From sequence record MZ501108: a DNA stretch of 64,000 nucleotides. One strand, written 5' to 3'. Shown piece by piece: positions 20,888-31,035 of the stretch. The first letter of the stretch is position 1, and each line of letters opens with the position of its first letter. The translations under genes were made by a program, and so were the position numbers. A model generated the notes under the pieces. That model searched no databases. It was not told the origin of the DNA and was given only the letters and a program-made list of their open reading frames with translations. This DNA is from Escherichia phage TrudiGerster.

Positions 20888-23800
20888 TGGCGATCAGAAC
20901 TAAAATTATTGTACAGCAGATTCTGAACATAGATGACACTACAACTACTGCTAGTAAGTATCCTAAGTATACAGTAGTTTTAGGTAACTCTATTAGTTCT
21001 ATTACTGCTGGTGAGCTGACTGCAGCTGTGGAATCATCCGCAGCTTCAGCTGCTGCTGCTAAAGATTCTGAAATTGCAGCAAAATCATCCGAAACTAATG
21101 CTAGAGACTCAGAAAATAGAGCCGCTATCTATGCTGATTCTTCTGAAGCTTCTGCTACTCAATCAGCTACTTCTGCTACAGAATCTGAGAGACAGGCTGA
21201 ATTATCTAAGGCTAGCGCTGAAGAATCCGCTGCATCTGCTACAGAAGCTGGTACACACAAAGATGCGGCTCAGTTAGCTGCTCAAAATGCTGAGAGAAGT
21301 AGAGAACTAGCCGAACAAGCTAAAACTGCTGCTCAACAAGCCCAGGTAGCCGCGGAGACTGCTAAGACGGGAGCTGAAACAGCTAAAGAAGGAGCAGATG
21401 CTGCTGCGACAACGGCTGGAGAACATGCTGCTGCTGCTAAACAATCAGAACTAAATGCTAAAGTTTCCGAAACTAATGCTGCTGGTTCTGCTACCGAAGC
21501 TGGTGATAAAGCTATCGATGCTACTGCTGAGGCAGACCGTGCTAAAGCAGAAGCCGATCGTGCATCCCAGGTTGTTGATGGTAAACTTGATAAAGTAGAC
21601 ATCTCTGGTTTTATCAAAGTTTATAAGACAAAAGCAGAAGCTGATGCGGATGTTGCAAACCGTGTTCTAGATGAAAAGATCTTAGTTTGGAATCAAACTG
21701 AGTCAAAATATGGTTGGTATAAAGTTGCAGGTACTACTAAAGCTCCTGTCCTAGAGTTAGTAGAAACTGAACAGAAACTTGTATCAATCAATAACGTTCA
21801 CGCTGATGATGCTGGTAACGTACAGATTACACTTCCAGGCGGTAACCCTTCTCTATGGTTAGGTGAAGTTACTTGGTTCCCTTATGATAAAGATTCTGGT
21901 GTTGGCTACCCTGGTGTTCTGCCTGCTGATGGACGTGAAGTACTTCGCGTAGACTATCCAGATACTTGGGAAGCTATCGAAGCTGGTCTGATCCCCTCTG
22001 TTACTGAGACTGAATGGCAGGCGGGTGCAATTCTTTACTTCTCCACTGGTGATGGTTCTACAACGTTCCGTTTACCAGATATGATGCAAGGGCAAGCCTT
22101 CCGTGCACCAACTAAAGGCGAAGAAGATGCTGGCGTTATTAAAGATCAGATTCCTTATGTTGTGACAGTTAATGGTATCTCTCCAGATGATATAACTGGT
22201 AACGTTGAAATTGATACCTCACTACAAGGTACTGTTAATATTAATCAAGGAGGTACTGGTGCAACAACTAAAGAAGACGCCCGTATAGCCCTCGAGCTAT
22301 ATAGTACTACGGAAGTTGATTCTGCTTTAGCAGATAAGGCCGATATTGCTACCACGTATACTAAGATGGAAGTTGATTCTGCTTTAGCAGATAAGGCCGA
22401 TATTGCTACCACGTATACTAAGATGGAAGTTGATTCTGCTTTAGCAGACGCTAAAACTCAGTCAGATACTAACTACTTATTAAAAGCAAATAACTTGAGT
22501 GATCTCGGAGACCGTACTGCTGCATGGCTTAACGTGCGACCACTTGGCTCTACTCCACTGGCGTCAGACCCTGTAAGTGACTATGACGCCACAACTAAGC
22601 GCTGGGTGCAGAACTTAATCGGCGCAGGGACTGTAGGCCCGACAATGAACGGGGTCATGAATTATGGTGTTGGGGATTTCCACCTACGGGATAGCAGGGC
22701 GTATATTCAACCTTATGAGGTATTATCAGACGGTCAATTGCTTAATCGTGCAGCATGGCCTGAATTGTGGGCATATGCTCAGATGCTATCCCCTATCAGT
22801 GATGCTGAGTGGCTTAGTTCTGCGGAAAAACGTGGGCGTTATTCCACCGGTGATGGGTCAACAACCTTCCGTGTTCCAGACCGAAACGGTGTGCAGCCTG
22901 GGTCAACGACTAGTCTTTTTGGACGAGGGGATGGTGGTACTTCATCAGAGAACGGTAGGGTTTATGAAGCTGCTGCACCTAATATATTGGGGACATTTGC
23001 AAATGATACCAGCGGAAAGGTGTGGATGCCTGCTCCAAAATCAGTAACGGGATCTTTTGGTTATGCCCCAACAACAGAAATGACATTTTTACCTAATGAT
23101 GGTTCCTTTGTAAAAGTCAATAACAATGCTACTACGACCTTTAATGCGAGATTGAGCGACGAGGTATATGGTAAATACGAAGTTAAAAATCAGATACTGC
23201 CCAAAAGTTTTGTAGGTGTTTGGGTTATTCGCGCATCCGGAGGTTTTACTGCTGCAAATACGTCATGGTCTGTGATCAATGCGGATGCTGTGGTTCCTGG
23301 AGCTAATGTTACTACTTATGGTGGTGATATGTGGTCAACATACCAAGTGGCTGGTGCTGATTATGTCAAATTAGGCTATCGTGCGAAAGTCACTATTGAT
23401 GGTGCGTCTACAGGAGAAATCCGTCTAATGGATAGCAGGGTAGGGGGTACTAGCAAAACCTGGGAAATGCCTACTGTCAGTGGTACGCTTCTTAGTAGTG
23501 CGGATATAGGAACTTCAGGAGCTAAAATCCCTTTACTTAACGTTCAGAACATGTGGACAAAAACTCAGGTTTTCCAAGAATCAGGTGTTGTCACTCAATC
23601 GGTGCTGCCATCGGATGCTACTTTAAATGATCACGGCGGTCCTCATTTTGTTTCATATGTTATAACTGATAATCAAATTCGTTTAGGCGCTAAATTCTTT
23701 TCTAGTTTTGATTCTACGAATTTAAGAAGAGCCGTTGTCCAAGTCACAACAGATAACGATGCTTCCGCCCAGATATTTGCATTTGATCAGAGAGGGGATA

Positions 23801-24285
23801 TTTCATCTGCGAAAGGTATTGTACAGTGGAGTGGCTCTGATACCCGTATTAAGACTAACTTTGAACCTGTGCAAAGTGGGTCGTGGGAGCGTATTTCTAA
23901 GATTAGTATCTGTGAATATACCTATAAGGTAAACCCTACTCCTCAGCGTGGGTATCTCGCTCAGCAAATGAGGGAAATAGACCCGTTATATGTCTTTGAA
24001 GGGGGTAGGTCTATTGATGATAACGGCAAAGAGTTTGAAATACTAAACGTGAACGATAAAGCTGTTACAGCAGATTTAATCATAGTTGTGCAGCAAATGC
24101 AGGAAAAACTAGCTGTGCTTGAAGAGCATAATAAAAAGATTATCCCCTTAGAGGAAGAAATAGCTACTTTAAAAGATGAAGTTAATACTCTTAAAAAGTT
24201 ACTTGTAGAGATTAATCAATCATTAGCTATCACTAGTCGTGTCTCAGCTTTAGAGTCCGAAGTTAATGAATTAAAACGTCCTTAA
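20887..24285 (+). CDS. ltfA: L-shaped tail fibre protein with C-terminal intramolecular chaperone (S74-like) domain
   Basis: 1132 aa; Ala/Ser/Glu-rich coiled N-terminal third; internal perfect tandem repeat; C-terminal SDTRIKTNFEP...YTYKVNP...LAQQMREIDPLYVFEG plus coiled-coil tail typical of autocleaving chaperone domains. Confidence 0.82.
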   Translation: MAIRTKIIVQQILNIDDTTTTASKYPKYTVVLGNSISSITAGELTAAVESSAASAAAAKDSEIAAKSSETNARDSENRAAIYADSSEASATQSATSATESERQAELSKASAEESAASATEAGTHKDAAQLAAQNAERSRELAEQAKTAAQQAQVAAETAKTGAETAKEGADAAATTAGEHAAAAKQSELNAKVSETNAAGSATEAGDKAIDATAEADRAKAEADRASQVVDGKLDKVDISGFIKVYKTKAEADADVANRVLDEKILVWNQTESKYGWYKVAGTTKAPVLELVETEQKLVSINNVHADDAGNVQITLPGGNPSLWLGEVTWFPYDKDSGVGYPGVLPADGREVLRVDYPDTWEAIEAGLIPSVTETEWQAGAILYFSTGDGSTTFRLPDMMQGQAFRAPTKGEEDAGVIKDQIPYVVTVNGISPDDITGNVEIDTSLQGTVNINQGGTGATTKEDARIALELYSTTEVDSALADKADIATTYTKMEVDSALADKADIATTYTKMEVDSALADAKTQSDTNYLLKANNLSDLGDRTAAWLNVRPLGSTPLASDPVSDYDATTKRWVQNLIGAGTVGPTMNGVMNYGVGDFHLRDSRAYIQPYEVLSDGQLLNRAAWPELWAYAQMLSPISDAEWLSSAEKRGRYSTGDGSTTFRVPDRNGVQPGSTTSLFGRGDGGTSSENGRVYEAAAPNILGTFANDTSGKVWMPAPKSVTGSFGYAPTTEMTFLPNDGSFVKVNNNATTTFNARLSDEVYGKYEVKNQILPKSFVGVWVIRASGGFTAANTSWSVINADAVVPGANVTTYGGDMWSTYQVAGADYVKLGYRAKVTIDGASTGEIRLMDSRVGGTSKTWEMPTVSGTLLSSADIGTSGAKIPLLNVQNMWTKTQVFQESGVVTQSVLPSDATLNDHGGPHFVSYVITDNQIRLGAKFFSSFDSTNLRRAVVQVTTDNDASAQIFAFDQRGDISSAKGIVQWSGSDTRIKTNFEPVQSGSWERISKISICEYTYKVNPTPQRGYLAQQMREIDPLYVFEGGRSIDDNGKEFEILNVNDKAVTADLIIVVQQMQEKLAVLEEHNKKIIPLEEEIATLKDEVNTLKKLLVEINQSLAITSRVSALESEVNELKRP
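22312..22448 (+). repeat. 57-bp perfect in-frame tandem repeat (2.4 copies) inside fibre gene
   Basis: unit gaagttgattctgctttagcagataaggccgatattgctaccacgtatactaagatg at 22312-22368 and 22369-22425, partial third copy to ~22448; encodes EVDSALADKADIATTYTKM. Confidence 0.9.
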
Positions 24286-24300
24286 TAATTATTAGGTAAA

Positions 24301-24324
24301 TACCTGTGAGATATCTCACAGGTA
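24301..24324 (+). promoter_or_regulatory. perfect 24-bp palindrome between the two fibre genes
   Basis: tacctgtgagatatctcacaggta is its own reverse complement; function (terminator hairpin or operator) unknown. Confidence 0.5.
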
Positions 24325-24397
24325 TCCCCTAGTACTAATTTATTAAAAAAGTAAAGAAGATTATAGTATATACTACTAGGTCTTTCTAGGAAATACT

Positions 24398-26164
24398 ATG
24401 TCACGTAATTTAATGCCTAAATCCGGCGCAATGGCGCCTTACGTTGTAGTTAACAGAGATGCTGCGGTTGCTGGTGTTTTCTCTGTTGATGGAGAGGCTG
24501 GTGCTGTTGTACTAACTTCCAAATACCTACAAATTACAAAGTATACTACTGATAAGACAGCTACTGATGCTGCGATCAAGAGTATTAATGATTCAATTGG
24601 TAACATCAATACTGCACTTGGTGGTATCAACACTACTCTAGATACTAAGGCTGCAAAAGGTGCTAATAACGATATTATAGAACTAAACGCACTGACTAAG
24701 GCTATTACTATTGCTCAGGGAGGTACTGGTGCTACTACCTTACCAGACGCAAAAACAGCTTTACAAGTAGATCGTTTAAGGCAGCAGGATAATGGTACTT
24801 TTGTAACCTCTCCAGATGGGAAGTACTCTTTATTTATCTATAATAGTGGAGATTTTGGACTGATTAATAGTTCTACTGCTGCAGTCCAAGCTATGAAAGT
24901 GCAGTTCGGAGGAACAGGGGCTTATGACGCAAAAACAGCAAGAAAGAACCTAGATGTTCCTGTAGGAGCTACAGCTGTAAATATTCCCCCTAATAGTAAC
25001 GTTCTTGCATATATTGCTACTATGGGGCAGAGTGGATACTACTCTTCAGGTGAGCTAATCACATTTGGTCCTCCTGTACAAGAAGGTTGGTGGACTTTTA
25101 ACTTCCACTGTCATGGTGTAGATATCAATGGTGTTGCACAGTATGGGGTTCTTAAGGCAACCGGGATATCAGGTAGTTCTTGGATCAATATTCTCAGCGG
25201 ATCAGGTAATTGGACAGGCTGGCAAGAGCAGTTTAATGTACAGTCTACAATCTCTATTGCTAATGGAGGTACTGGTGGTAATACATATGGTCAAGCTAGA
25301 GAGAATCTAGGTATTACACGTTTTGTTCAAGGTTCCTCCTCAACAGTAGTACAGTCTGCTGATGGGTTGCATAGCTTCAGTCTTGCGGATACCGGAGAAT
25401 GGGGTGTTACTAAGAAAGGGCAGCCAGGTTGGATTACTTTAGGGATCGCCCAAGGAGGTACTGGTGGGGGAGATATTAATACTGCTCGTAACAACCTTAA
25501 TCTAGGAACTGGTCAGCAGGCAGTATTTGACTCAGTATATTTGCCTAACTATAAGGCTGCTGATTGGTCTTATGGGGTAGGTTGTAGAATCAATGGTGGT
25601 GCATTATCTAGTTGGTCTTCTAGGCCTGTAGCTGTTAGTGTTGATGGTAATACTACTGATGTGGCTGTAGGTATTGCTAAAGTTACTATTCCAGGAAAAG
25701 GATACGCTTGTAACGTTGATGGCATACTTTGGAACGACGGAACCTCTGAGCTAGATATAATGACTGGTGCTTCTAGATTCTATTTCCATAGTGATGGTGG
25801 TGGTAGAGCATCTAACTGGATTAACGTCTCAGATATTAGAACTAAATCTAATTTAGCTAAGATCGAAAATCCATTAAGTAAGATCAATTTACTATGTGGT
25901 TATACTTATCAGAAACGAACTAACATTGATGATCCTGAAAGCAAAGATTATTCTATGGAAGCAGGTATTATTGCTCAGGATCTCCAGAAAGTATTGCCTG
26001 AAGCTGTATACCAAGTAAGTCAGGACGGTTACCTTGGTGTTAGTTATGGTGGTGTTTCTGCCCTTCTAGTTAGCGCTGTTAATGAGCTTAGTGGGATTGT
26101 TGAGCAACAGAAGCAAGAAATTGATGAACTCAAGGAATTGGTAAAACAACTACTTGCTAAGTAA
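24398..26164 (+). CDS. ltfB: second tail fibre protein with C-terminal intramolecular chaperone domain (LtfB-like branch fibre)
   Basis: 588 aa; repeated QGGTGA/ANGGTGG/AQGGTGG motifs; C-terminal SDIRTKSNLAKIENPLSKINLLCGYTYQKR...GIIAQDLQKVLPEAVYQ plus coiled coil resembles the ltfA C-terminus. Confidence 0.72.
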   Translation: MSRNLMPKSGAMAPYVVVNRDAAVAGVFSVDGEAGAVVLTSKYLQITKYTTDKTATDAAIKSINDSIGNINTALGGINTTLDTKAAKGANNDIIELNALTKAITIAQGGTGATTLPDAKTALQVDRLRQQDNGTFVTSPDGKYSLFIYNSGDFGLINSSTAAVQAMKVQFGGTGAYDAKTARKNLDVPVGATAVNIPPNSNVLAYIATMGQSGYYSSGELITFGPPVQEGWWTFNFHCHGVDINGVAQYGVLKATGISGSSWINILSGSGNWTGWQEQFNVQSTISIANGGTGGNTYGQARENLGITRFVQGSSSTVVQSADGLHSFSLADTGEWGVTKKGQPGWITLGIAQGGTGGGDINTARNNLNLGTGQQAVFDSVYLPNYKAADWSYGVGCRINGGALSSWSSRPVAVSVDGNTTDVAVGIAKVTIPGKGYACNVDGILWNDGTSELDIMTGASRFYFHSDGGGRASNWINVSDIRTKSNLAKIENPLSKINLLCGYTYQKRTNIDDPESKDYSMEAGIIAQDLQKVLPEAVYQVSQDGYLGVSYGGVSALLVSAVNELSGIVEQQKQEIDELKELVKQLLAK

Positions 26165-26199
26165 AAGAAAACCCCAGTGGATTGTCCACTGGGGTTTAT
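26163..26199. terminator. bidirectional terminator at late/early module boundary
   Basis: hairpin ccccagtgg-attgt-ccactgggg flanked by A-run upstream and T-run downstream; sits between convergent gene blocks. Confidence 0.75.
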
Positions 26200-26201
26200 T
26201 A

Positions 26202-26471
26202 TTATCTACTTCCGGTAATAATACCTAAGTTAAATACTGCTAACATAGCTCTGAGAGTAGGATCTTCGGACTTGCTACATAATTCGACAAAAGCATCTTC
26301 GTCCCAATAAATTACATTACCTTCTCGATCTACTTTAAGAACTACATTATTCAGGTTAGGTTCAGCAACTGCAACATGATAAGTATTTGACTGCTCAAAA
26401 TTACCTACCATATTAGGATCTGAATAGTTATAATTATTTACTTCCTGAGCTTCCAAATCCACCTTCTCCAC
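26202..26471 (-). CDS. hypothetical small protein (doubtful; start uncertain)
   Basis: 89 aa ORF with GTG start overlapping dUTPase 3' end; no signal peptide, no recognisable motif. Confidence 0.25.
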   Translation of the reverse strand: MEKVDLEAQEVNNYNYSDPNMVGNFEQSNTYHVAVAEPNLNNVVLKVDREGNVIYWDEDAFVELCSKSEDPTLRAMLAVFNLGIITGSR

Positions 26472-26880
26472 GTACAGTCTCCTCTAATTCGTCGACGATT
26501 TCAAAATGATGAGTTGAATAGTGTGGTAGTACCACTAGCTGGCAAAGTCTCTCGAAATTCTCCAGTGTTTGAATTTCAGAACCGTAGTTAAACAGATTCA
26601 TCTTAATAGTCCCACGATAGTCTGAGTCGATCACACCTGAGGTGTTTGCGATCATCAGATGACGCTTACCTAAAGAGCTACGAGGAACTACTAAACCGAA
26701 CCAACCTTGCGGAATTTCCACCGCAACACCGGTATCAATCATAAGGGCTTTGCCCGGTGCAATAGCTTTTAAATCTGCATTTGGGTTAGTACCGAAGAAT
26801 GCGCGCAGATCCATTCCTGCGGCATCTTCAGATCCAATCTTCGGCATGCAATCTGGGTGAGTTAGTTTAATTTTAATCAT
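26434..26880 (-). CDS. dut: dUTPase
   Basis: 148 aa; trimeric dUTPase-like motifs (AAGMDLRA, GVIDSDYRG, C-terminal GGFGSSG). Confidence 0.85.
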   Translation of the reverse strand: MIKIKLTHPDCMPKIGSEDAAGMDLRAFFGTNPNADLKAIAPGKALMIDTGVAVEIPQGWFGLVVPRSSLGKRHLMIANTSGVIDSDYRGTIKMNLFNYGSEIQTLENFERLCQLVVLPHYSTHHFEIVDELEETVRGEGGFGSSGSK

Positions 26881-27752
26881 TGTCCAGCAATCTCCAAAAT
26901 ATCTTTCGTAAACTTATCAAGTACGTCTTGACCAACCGCAGCAATAGCATCTATACAGTAAGTCGGTAAATCAACCAGAATCAGATTTCGGAAAAGCAAC
27001 TCCTCCGATGCGTTCAGATTCTGTATATATTTTTGTTTCCCAGGCAAAGGAAGTTGGTCAATAATATCCAGAACGTTTCCAAATTCACGGATAATATTAT
27101 AGCCACGTTTTGCACCAATCCCTTCAACACCACGGATGTTATCACCAAGATCTCCCATGATTGCTTTTAAAGAGATAAACTGGTCAACATCATCAACGTT
27201 GTGGTGCTCATACATATCACGAAGATGATACTCACGACGTGTGGTAAATGAGAAGCGAGAAACTCGATCTGTTAAGAGAGTATCCCAGTCACCATCGGTA
27301 GAGATTAACCAAACGTGATCATAATAATGACCAATGAGCTTAACAATATAAGCTGCCATGTCATCTGCTTCTACACCACGGATAGTGAAGGTCGGGAATG
27401 TAGTTTCACACAACTCGAAAGCATCACGCAGATACTCGAAGAACTGCTCGTCTAGAGCTTTCTCTTCTTCTGTACGTTGTGCATACTTTTCATCCCGGTT
27501 GCCCTTATAATCTGGAAGATGTTCAAGACGGAATACAGACTTCCCTTTATCACCAAGAACAATCGTAGTTCTAGCAGAATAAGATTTCGCCAAAGATTGA
27601 ATCGTCGATACATAACTAGAAGCAAAAGGTTTCTTACTATTATTATGTTTAAAGCGGAAGCCTAAGTTAGTTCCGTCAACAATCATAAGATTACGACGAG
27701 AAGCCAGCTCAGCTTCTTCCTCTTCAATAAATTTTCCCCAGGATTTACTCAT
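26877..27752 (-). CDS. flap endonuclease / 5'-3' exonuclease
   Basis: 291 aa; FEN-like acidic motifs (MIVDGTNL, VLGDKGKS.FR, GVEADD, ISTDGD) and helix-hairpin-helix segment GDLGDNIRGVEGIGAKRG. Confidence 0.85.
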   Translation of the reverse strand: MSKSWGKFIEEEEAELASRRNLMIVDGTNLGFRFKHNNSKKPFASSYVSTIQSLAKSYSARTTIVLGDKGKSVFRLEHLPDYKGNRDEKYAQRTEEEKALDEQFFEYLRDAFELCETTFPTFTIRGVEADDMAAYIVKLIGHYYDHVWLISTDGDWDTLLTDRVSRFSFTTRREYHLRDMYEHHNVDDVDQFISLKAIMGDLGDNIRGVEGIGAKRGYNIIREFGNVLDIIDQLPLPGKQKYIQNLNASEELLFRNLILVDLPTYCIDAIAAVGQDVLDKFTKDILEIAGQ

Positions 27753-28234
27753 TATTTAATTAAGTCCTCAACAGATAAGTGATGTAACCACGGCTCAAAT
27801 AAACCGATTACGATTTCCATGTCTTTCTTATTTAGCACCATATGGGTACGACTCATTAAGTTGTCAACCATCGGGTCTGAGCTATCCAATGCAACTAACC
27901 ACTGTCCTCTGTCTTTCTTGAATATCAATGCTGGTTTGGAGTTCATCTGCTCACCTTCACGGGAACATTGCTGCCACCACTTCTCTAGAGTGGATTCACC
28001 AACATTGAATAAATTACTTGAAATATTATCATCTTTATACCACTTAACTTCGAAGCAGTATTTACTAATGTGTCCGCTTTGTGGTGGGAGGTAGATGTCA
28101 CCCTTTAGTCCATGGCTCTGGCCAAAAGCACCAGAGCCTGGAACACGTTCCCACTCAAGACCTGTACGTTCACGCAGTATATCTCTTACCTGATATTCAC
28201 CACGTTTACCTTTCTCTCTACTATCTACGGCCAT
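27752..28234 (-). CDS. putative PD-(D/E)xK-type nuclease
   Basis: 160 aa; GDIYLP ... CFEVKW resembles a D-x(n)-E-x-K nuclease core; assignment tentative. Confidence 0.45.
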   Translation of the reverse strand: MAVDSREKGKRGEYQVRDILRERTGLEWERVPGSGAFGQSHGLKGDIYLPPQSGHISKYCFEVKWYKDDNISSNLFNVGESTLEKWWQQCSREGEQMNSKPALIFKKDRGQWLVALDSSDPMVDNLMSRTHMVLNKKDMEIVIGLFEPWLHHLSVEDLIK

Positions 28235-28238
28235 GTTT

Positions 28239-30077
28239 TTATTCTAAGTAGGAAAATCCTTCTGCATCTTTTTTGACAGTAATCTTATGGGCTAATGGAT
28301 GCGTATGCCCATGAGAAACAATGATAGAGTTCAGACTATCTTCCTCATTTAATAATTCAACGAGAGTGTCAAGCCCTTTCGTATCAATAAAGCTAATCAC
28401 TTCATCAAGGAACAGAAGATTAATGTTAACTTTACTAATAGATGTTAACAGCATACGAATCGCTAACAGTGTTGCTAGGTTAATTCGACTTTGCTGACCA
28501 GTAGAGCAGTTCTCCATACTGGTTCTATTTCCATCATTGAAGATTACTACCTGTAATTTCGTTTCATCAAGCTCAAATCCAAGTGCGAACTTACCAGCAG
28601 TCATAATAGAAAGATATTTATTAATTAATTCTTCAAACACTTTCACACTATGCTCTAGTTTATATCCTACCAGATTTTTCAAAGCAGCAATCAGAATATC
28701 AAGATCAGCTACAGCTTCGGCTACTCCATCAAGTTTGGAAGTAATCTCAGTCATTTCTGCTTCTGCTTTCTCTATCTGTTCTAGCTTTGCTTTATACCTT
28801 GCATTGGCAACTTCAACATTTGAGTTATGCTCTTTAGCCCTTGCAACTTTGGAACGGCCATCCGCTATTTCCTGTTCAAGCTGTAGGATTTGCACCTGTA
28901 GGATTTGCACATTGAGTTCTTCAAAAGAGGAATCACTCATTGAATTTTTGAACTCGTCTCTAGCTGCTACTGCCTTATCCAAAGCATCTTTAGCTCTAGT
29001 GTACGCAGTGTACTCGAGTTGTTCTTTCTTTAATACTTCCAGTTGCGCTTCGAGTGTCTGCTTCTCTTTAAATAGAGGATCATATTCCACTCGTGCCATA
29101 TCCATAGCTTTTTGTGCAGCCGTTGTATCCAGATGAGTTCCGCAGGTAGGACATTCAGTTGCTGAAGCCTCATGCTTGAACTTCTGATAACGTTTCTTGA
29201 CTTCGCCCGCACGTGAGGTAACAATCGTTAGGTCACGCGTAACATTCGAGATATCGTCGTTTTTGCACATGGGCGCGGGAAGATTTTGATAAGGCTCGAA
29301 AGATTTTTCGGCAACTTGTACAGCTTTGTCCAAATTACGTAACTTAGTAATATTAGCTTCTTGTGCTTTAGCTAATGCCGCCTTGACTTTCGACTCAGTC
29401 AACTCTTGTGACAGTGGTTCTTCATCAAACTCAGGAACTTCAACTGGCTCCTGCAAACTTCCGAGATTGTCTTTACTATTGAGAATCTTCGTAATTACAG
29501 CCATTTGGCCTTGCAGATTACTTAATGTAGCTGCCACTTCTTTACGATCAGTCTTAATAGTTTCAGACATTTCTTTATATTGCTCTTGATTAAACAAGTT
29601 AACAAGAAATGCTTTACGTGTTGCATCAGTAGCTTTGAGGAAGTCTAGATTTGAACCAACAGATTGATAGATCAATTTGGTGAACGTTTGGAAATCTCCA
29701 CCCATAATCTCTTCGATCATCTTGTACGTTTGAGTTGCTGTGTGTCCACTGACATCTTCTCCGTTCTTAATCAGTGTAACTTTAGCAGTTGATTTAACAA
29801 CTTTATGCAGCTCGTACTCATCTTCATCTTTCGAGAAGTAAGCGTGCATTTCGTACTCTTTCTTCGGAGCGCTCCATGAGAAGAGGGCGTCCTTCTTGAT
29901 ACCACGTGAGTTCTTATTATAAAAGAGTTCCTCAAGAACAGTAGCAATAGTGGACTTCCCTAAACCATTTTCTCCGATTAACTGAGTAACTGGGTTCTTA
30001 TCGAAATGAATCACGATATCCTTACCGTAAGACATAACGTTGCTGAATTTTAGTGTCTTAATTATAATCTTTGACAT
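28239..30077 (-). CDS. SbcC/Rad50-like recombination ATPase
   Basis: P-loop GENGLGKST at N-terminus, long central coiled coil with CPTCG zinc-hook-like motif, C-terminal LLFLDEV signature/Walker B region; likely start MSKIII (track ORF extends to 30107). Confidence 0.8.
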   Translation of the reverse strand: MSKIIIKTLKFSNVMSYGKDIVIHFDKNPVTQLIGENGLGKSTIATVLEELFYNKNSRGIKKDALFSWSAPKKEYEMHAYFSKDEDEYELHKVVKSTAKVTLIKNGEDVSGHTATQTYKMIEEIMGGDFQTFTKLIYQSVGSNLDFLKATDATRKAFLVNLFNQEQYKEMSETIKTDRKEVAATLSNLQGQMAVITKILNSKDNLGSLQEPVEVPEFDEEPLSQELTESKVKAALAKAQEANITKLRNLDKAVQVAEKSFEPYQNLPAPMCKNDDISNVTRDLTIVTSRAGEVKKRYQKFKHEASATECPTCGTHLDTTAAQKAMDMARVEYDPLFKEKQTLEAQLEVLKKEQLEYTAYTRAKDALDKAVAARDEFKNSMSDSSFEELNVQILQVQILQLEQEIADGRSKVARAKEHNSNVEVANARYKAKLEQIEKAEAEMTEITSKLDGVAEAVADLDILIAALKNLVGYKLEHSVKVFEELINKYLSIMTAGKFALGFELDETKLQVVIFNDGNRTSMENCSTGQQSRINLATLLAIRMLLTSISKVNINLLFLDEVISFIDTKGLDTLVELLNEEDSLNSIIVSHGHTHPLAHKITVKKDAEGFSYLE

Positions 30078-31035
30078 ATTTAGCAGCTCTAGCCAAAATT
30101 CGATCAATATCGTCTTGGGTCAGCTTTTCAACTTCACGGAAGTAAAGTTCTAGCTCGCCTAACATATCAAGATCGACAAGATTTAATTTAGCATCTTTAG
30201 TAACTCGATGGTTAATCTTTTTATCTAAGAGATCGGAGTTCTTAACAGACTTCAACTGAACAACGTCACCAGTGACTTCATAGATTACACGGTCATAATC
30301 ACTTGGTTCCATTTCTTCGCCAACCTCGATTGTCCTACGAATCAATTGAGGTAAATCACCAAGTTCAATCCATTCTACTTTTAATGTGTCGGTATCGATG
30401 ATGAAACAACCATTCGTACCTTTTGTGCGTTCTCTATGGAACGATGTAGTTAACGGAGATCCTGGATAAAGAAGTTTAGTAGAACCAATAGTTTGACTAT
30501 TAGTATAAGAATGTAAATCGCCAGCAATTACAGTGTCATAACAGTTATACCTCGTTAGATCAATCTCTGGTTTTACATGTGGAGGGATTTCACCACGAAC
30601 ATGCGTGAAACATAGTTTTGATTCAGATGGTTTCCACTTCGGTTTGTGGATTTCAGCGTAGGGAACTATATCATATTCTGGTGAACGATAGGGCTTAGTA
30701 ACAACATCCCATTTTCCATTAGTTACCTTATGGATAACTCCAGCATAGTGATACAAACATGAAATTGTTTTGGTTAACATTTCATGGTTTCCGGTGAAGA
30801 TCTTACCGGGATGATCAAGTCTTGACATGAATTGTTCAAGAAGTTCTACTTCTTCCGACGACGGGTCGGAATGGTCAAATAAATCACCACCAATAATATG
30901 AAGATCACAGTTATGATTATGGAATACATCATTTAAACGGCCCCCCAACATTAAGAATCTCTTCTTTTGCCATTCTTTGGGGATTTTGTCCTGTCCAAGT
31001 TTTATATGATGATCTGCGCTAAAGAGTATTTTCAT
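30058..31035 (-). CDS. SbcD/Mre11-like nuclease
   Basis: calcineurin-like phosphoesterase motifs (SADHH, GGDLFDH, GNHE, GDLH); start overlaps stop of upstream small ORF. Confidence 0.82.
   Translation of the reverse strand: MKILFSADHHIKLGQDKIPKEWQKKRFLMLGGRLNDVFHNHNCDLHIIGGDLFDHSDPSSEEVELLEQFMSRLDHPGKIFTGNHEMLTKTISCLYHYAGVIHKVTNGKWDVVTKPYRSPEYDIVPYAEIHKPKWKPSESKLCFTHVRGEIPPHVKPEIDLTRYNCYDTVIAGDLHSYTNSQTIGSTKLLYPGSPLTTSFHRERTKGTNGCFIIDTDTLKVEWIELGDLPQLIRRTIEVGEEMEPSDYDRVIYEVTGDVVQLKSVKNSDLLDKKINHRVTKDAKLNLVDLDMLGELELYFREVEKLTQDDIDRILARAAKYVKDYN

Noticed and set aside
22312-22448. CRISPR-like repeat array
   Set aside because: The only exact tandem repeats are in-frame coding repeats inside the fibre gene with no spacers; no repeat-spacer architecture anywhere in the window
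26202-26471. Small ORF at the late/early boundary as a lytic-conversion lipoprotein
   Set aside because: No N-terminal signal peptide or lipobox cysteine; the ORF overlaps the dUTPase 3' end and may not be expressed
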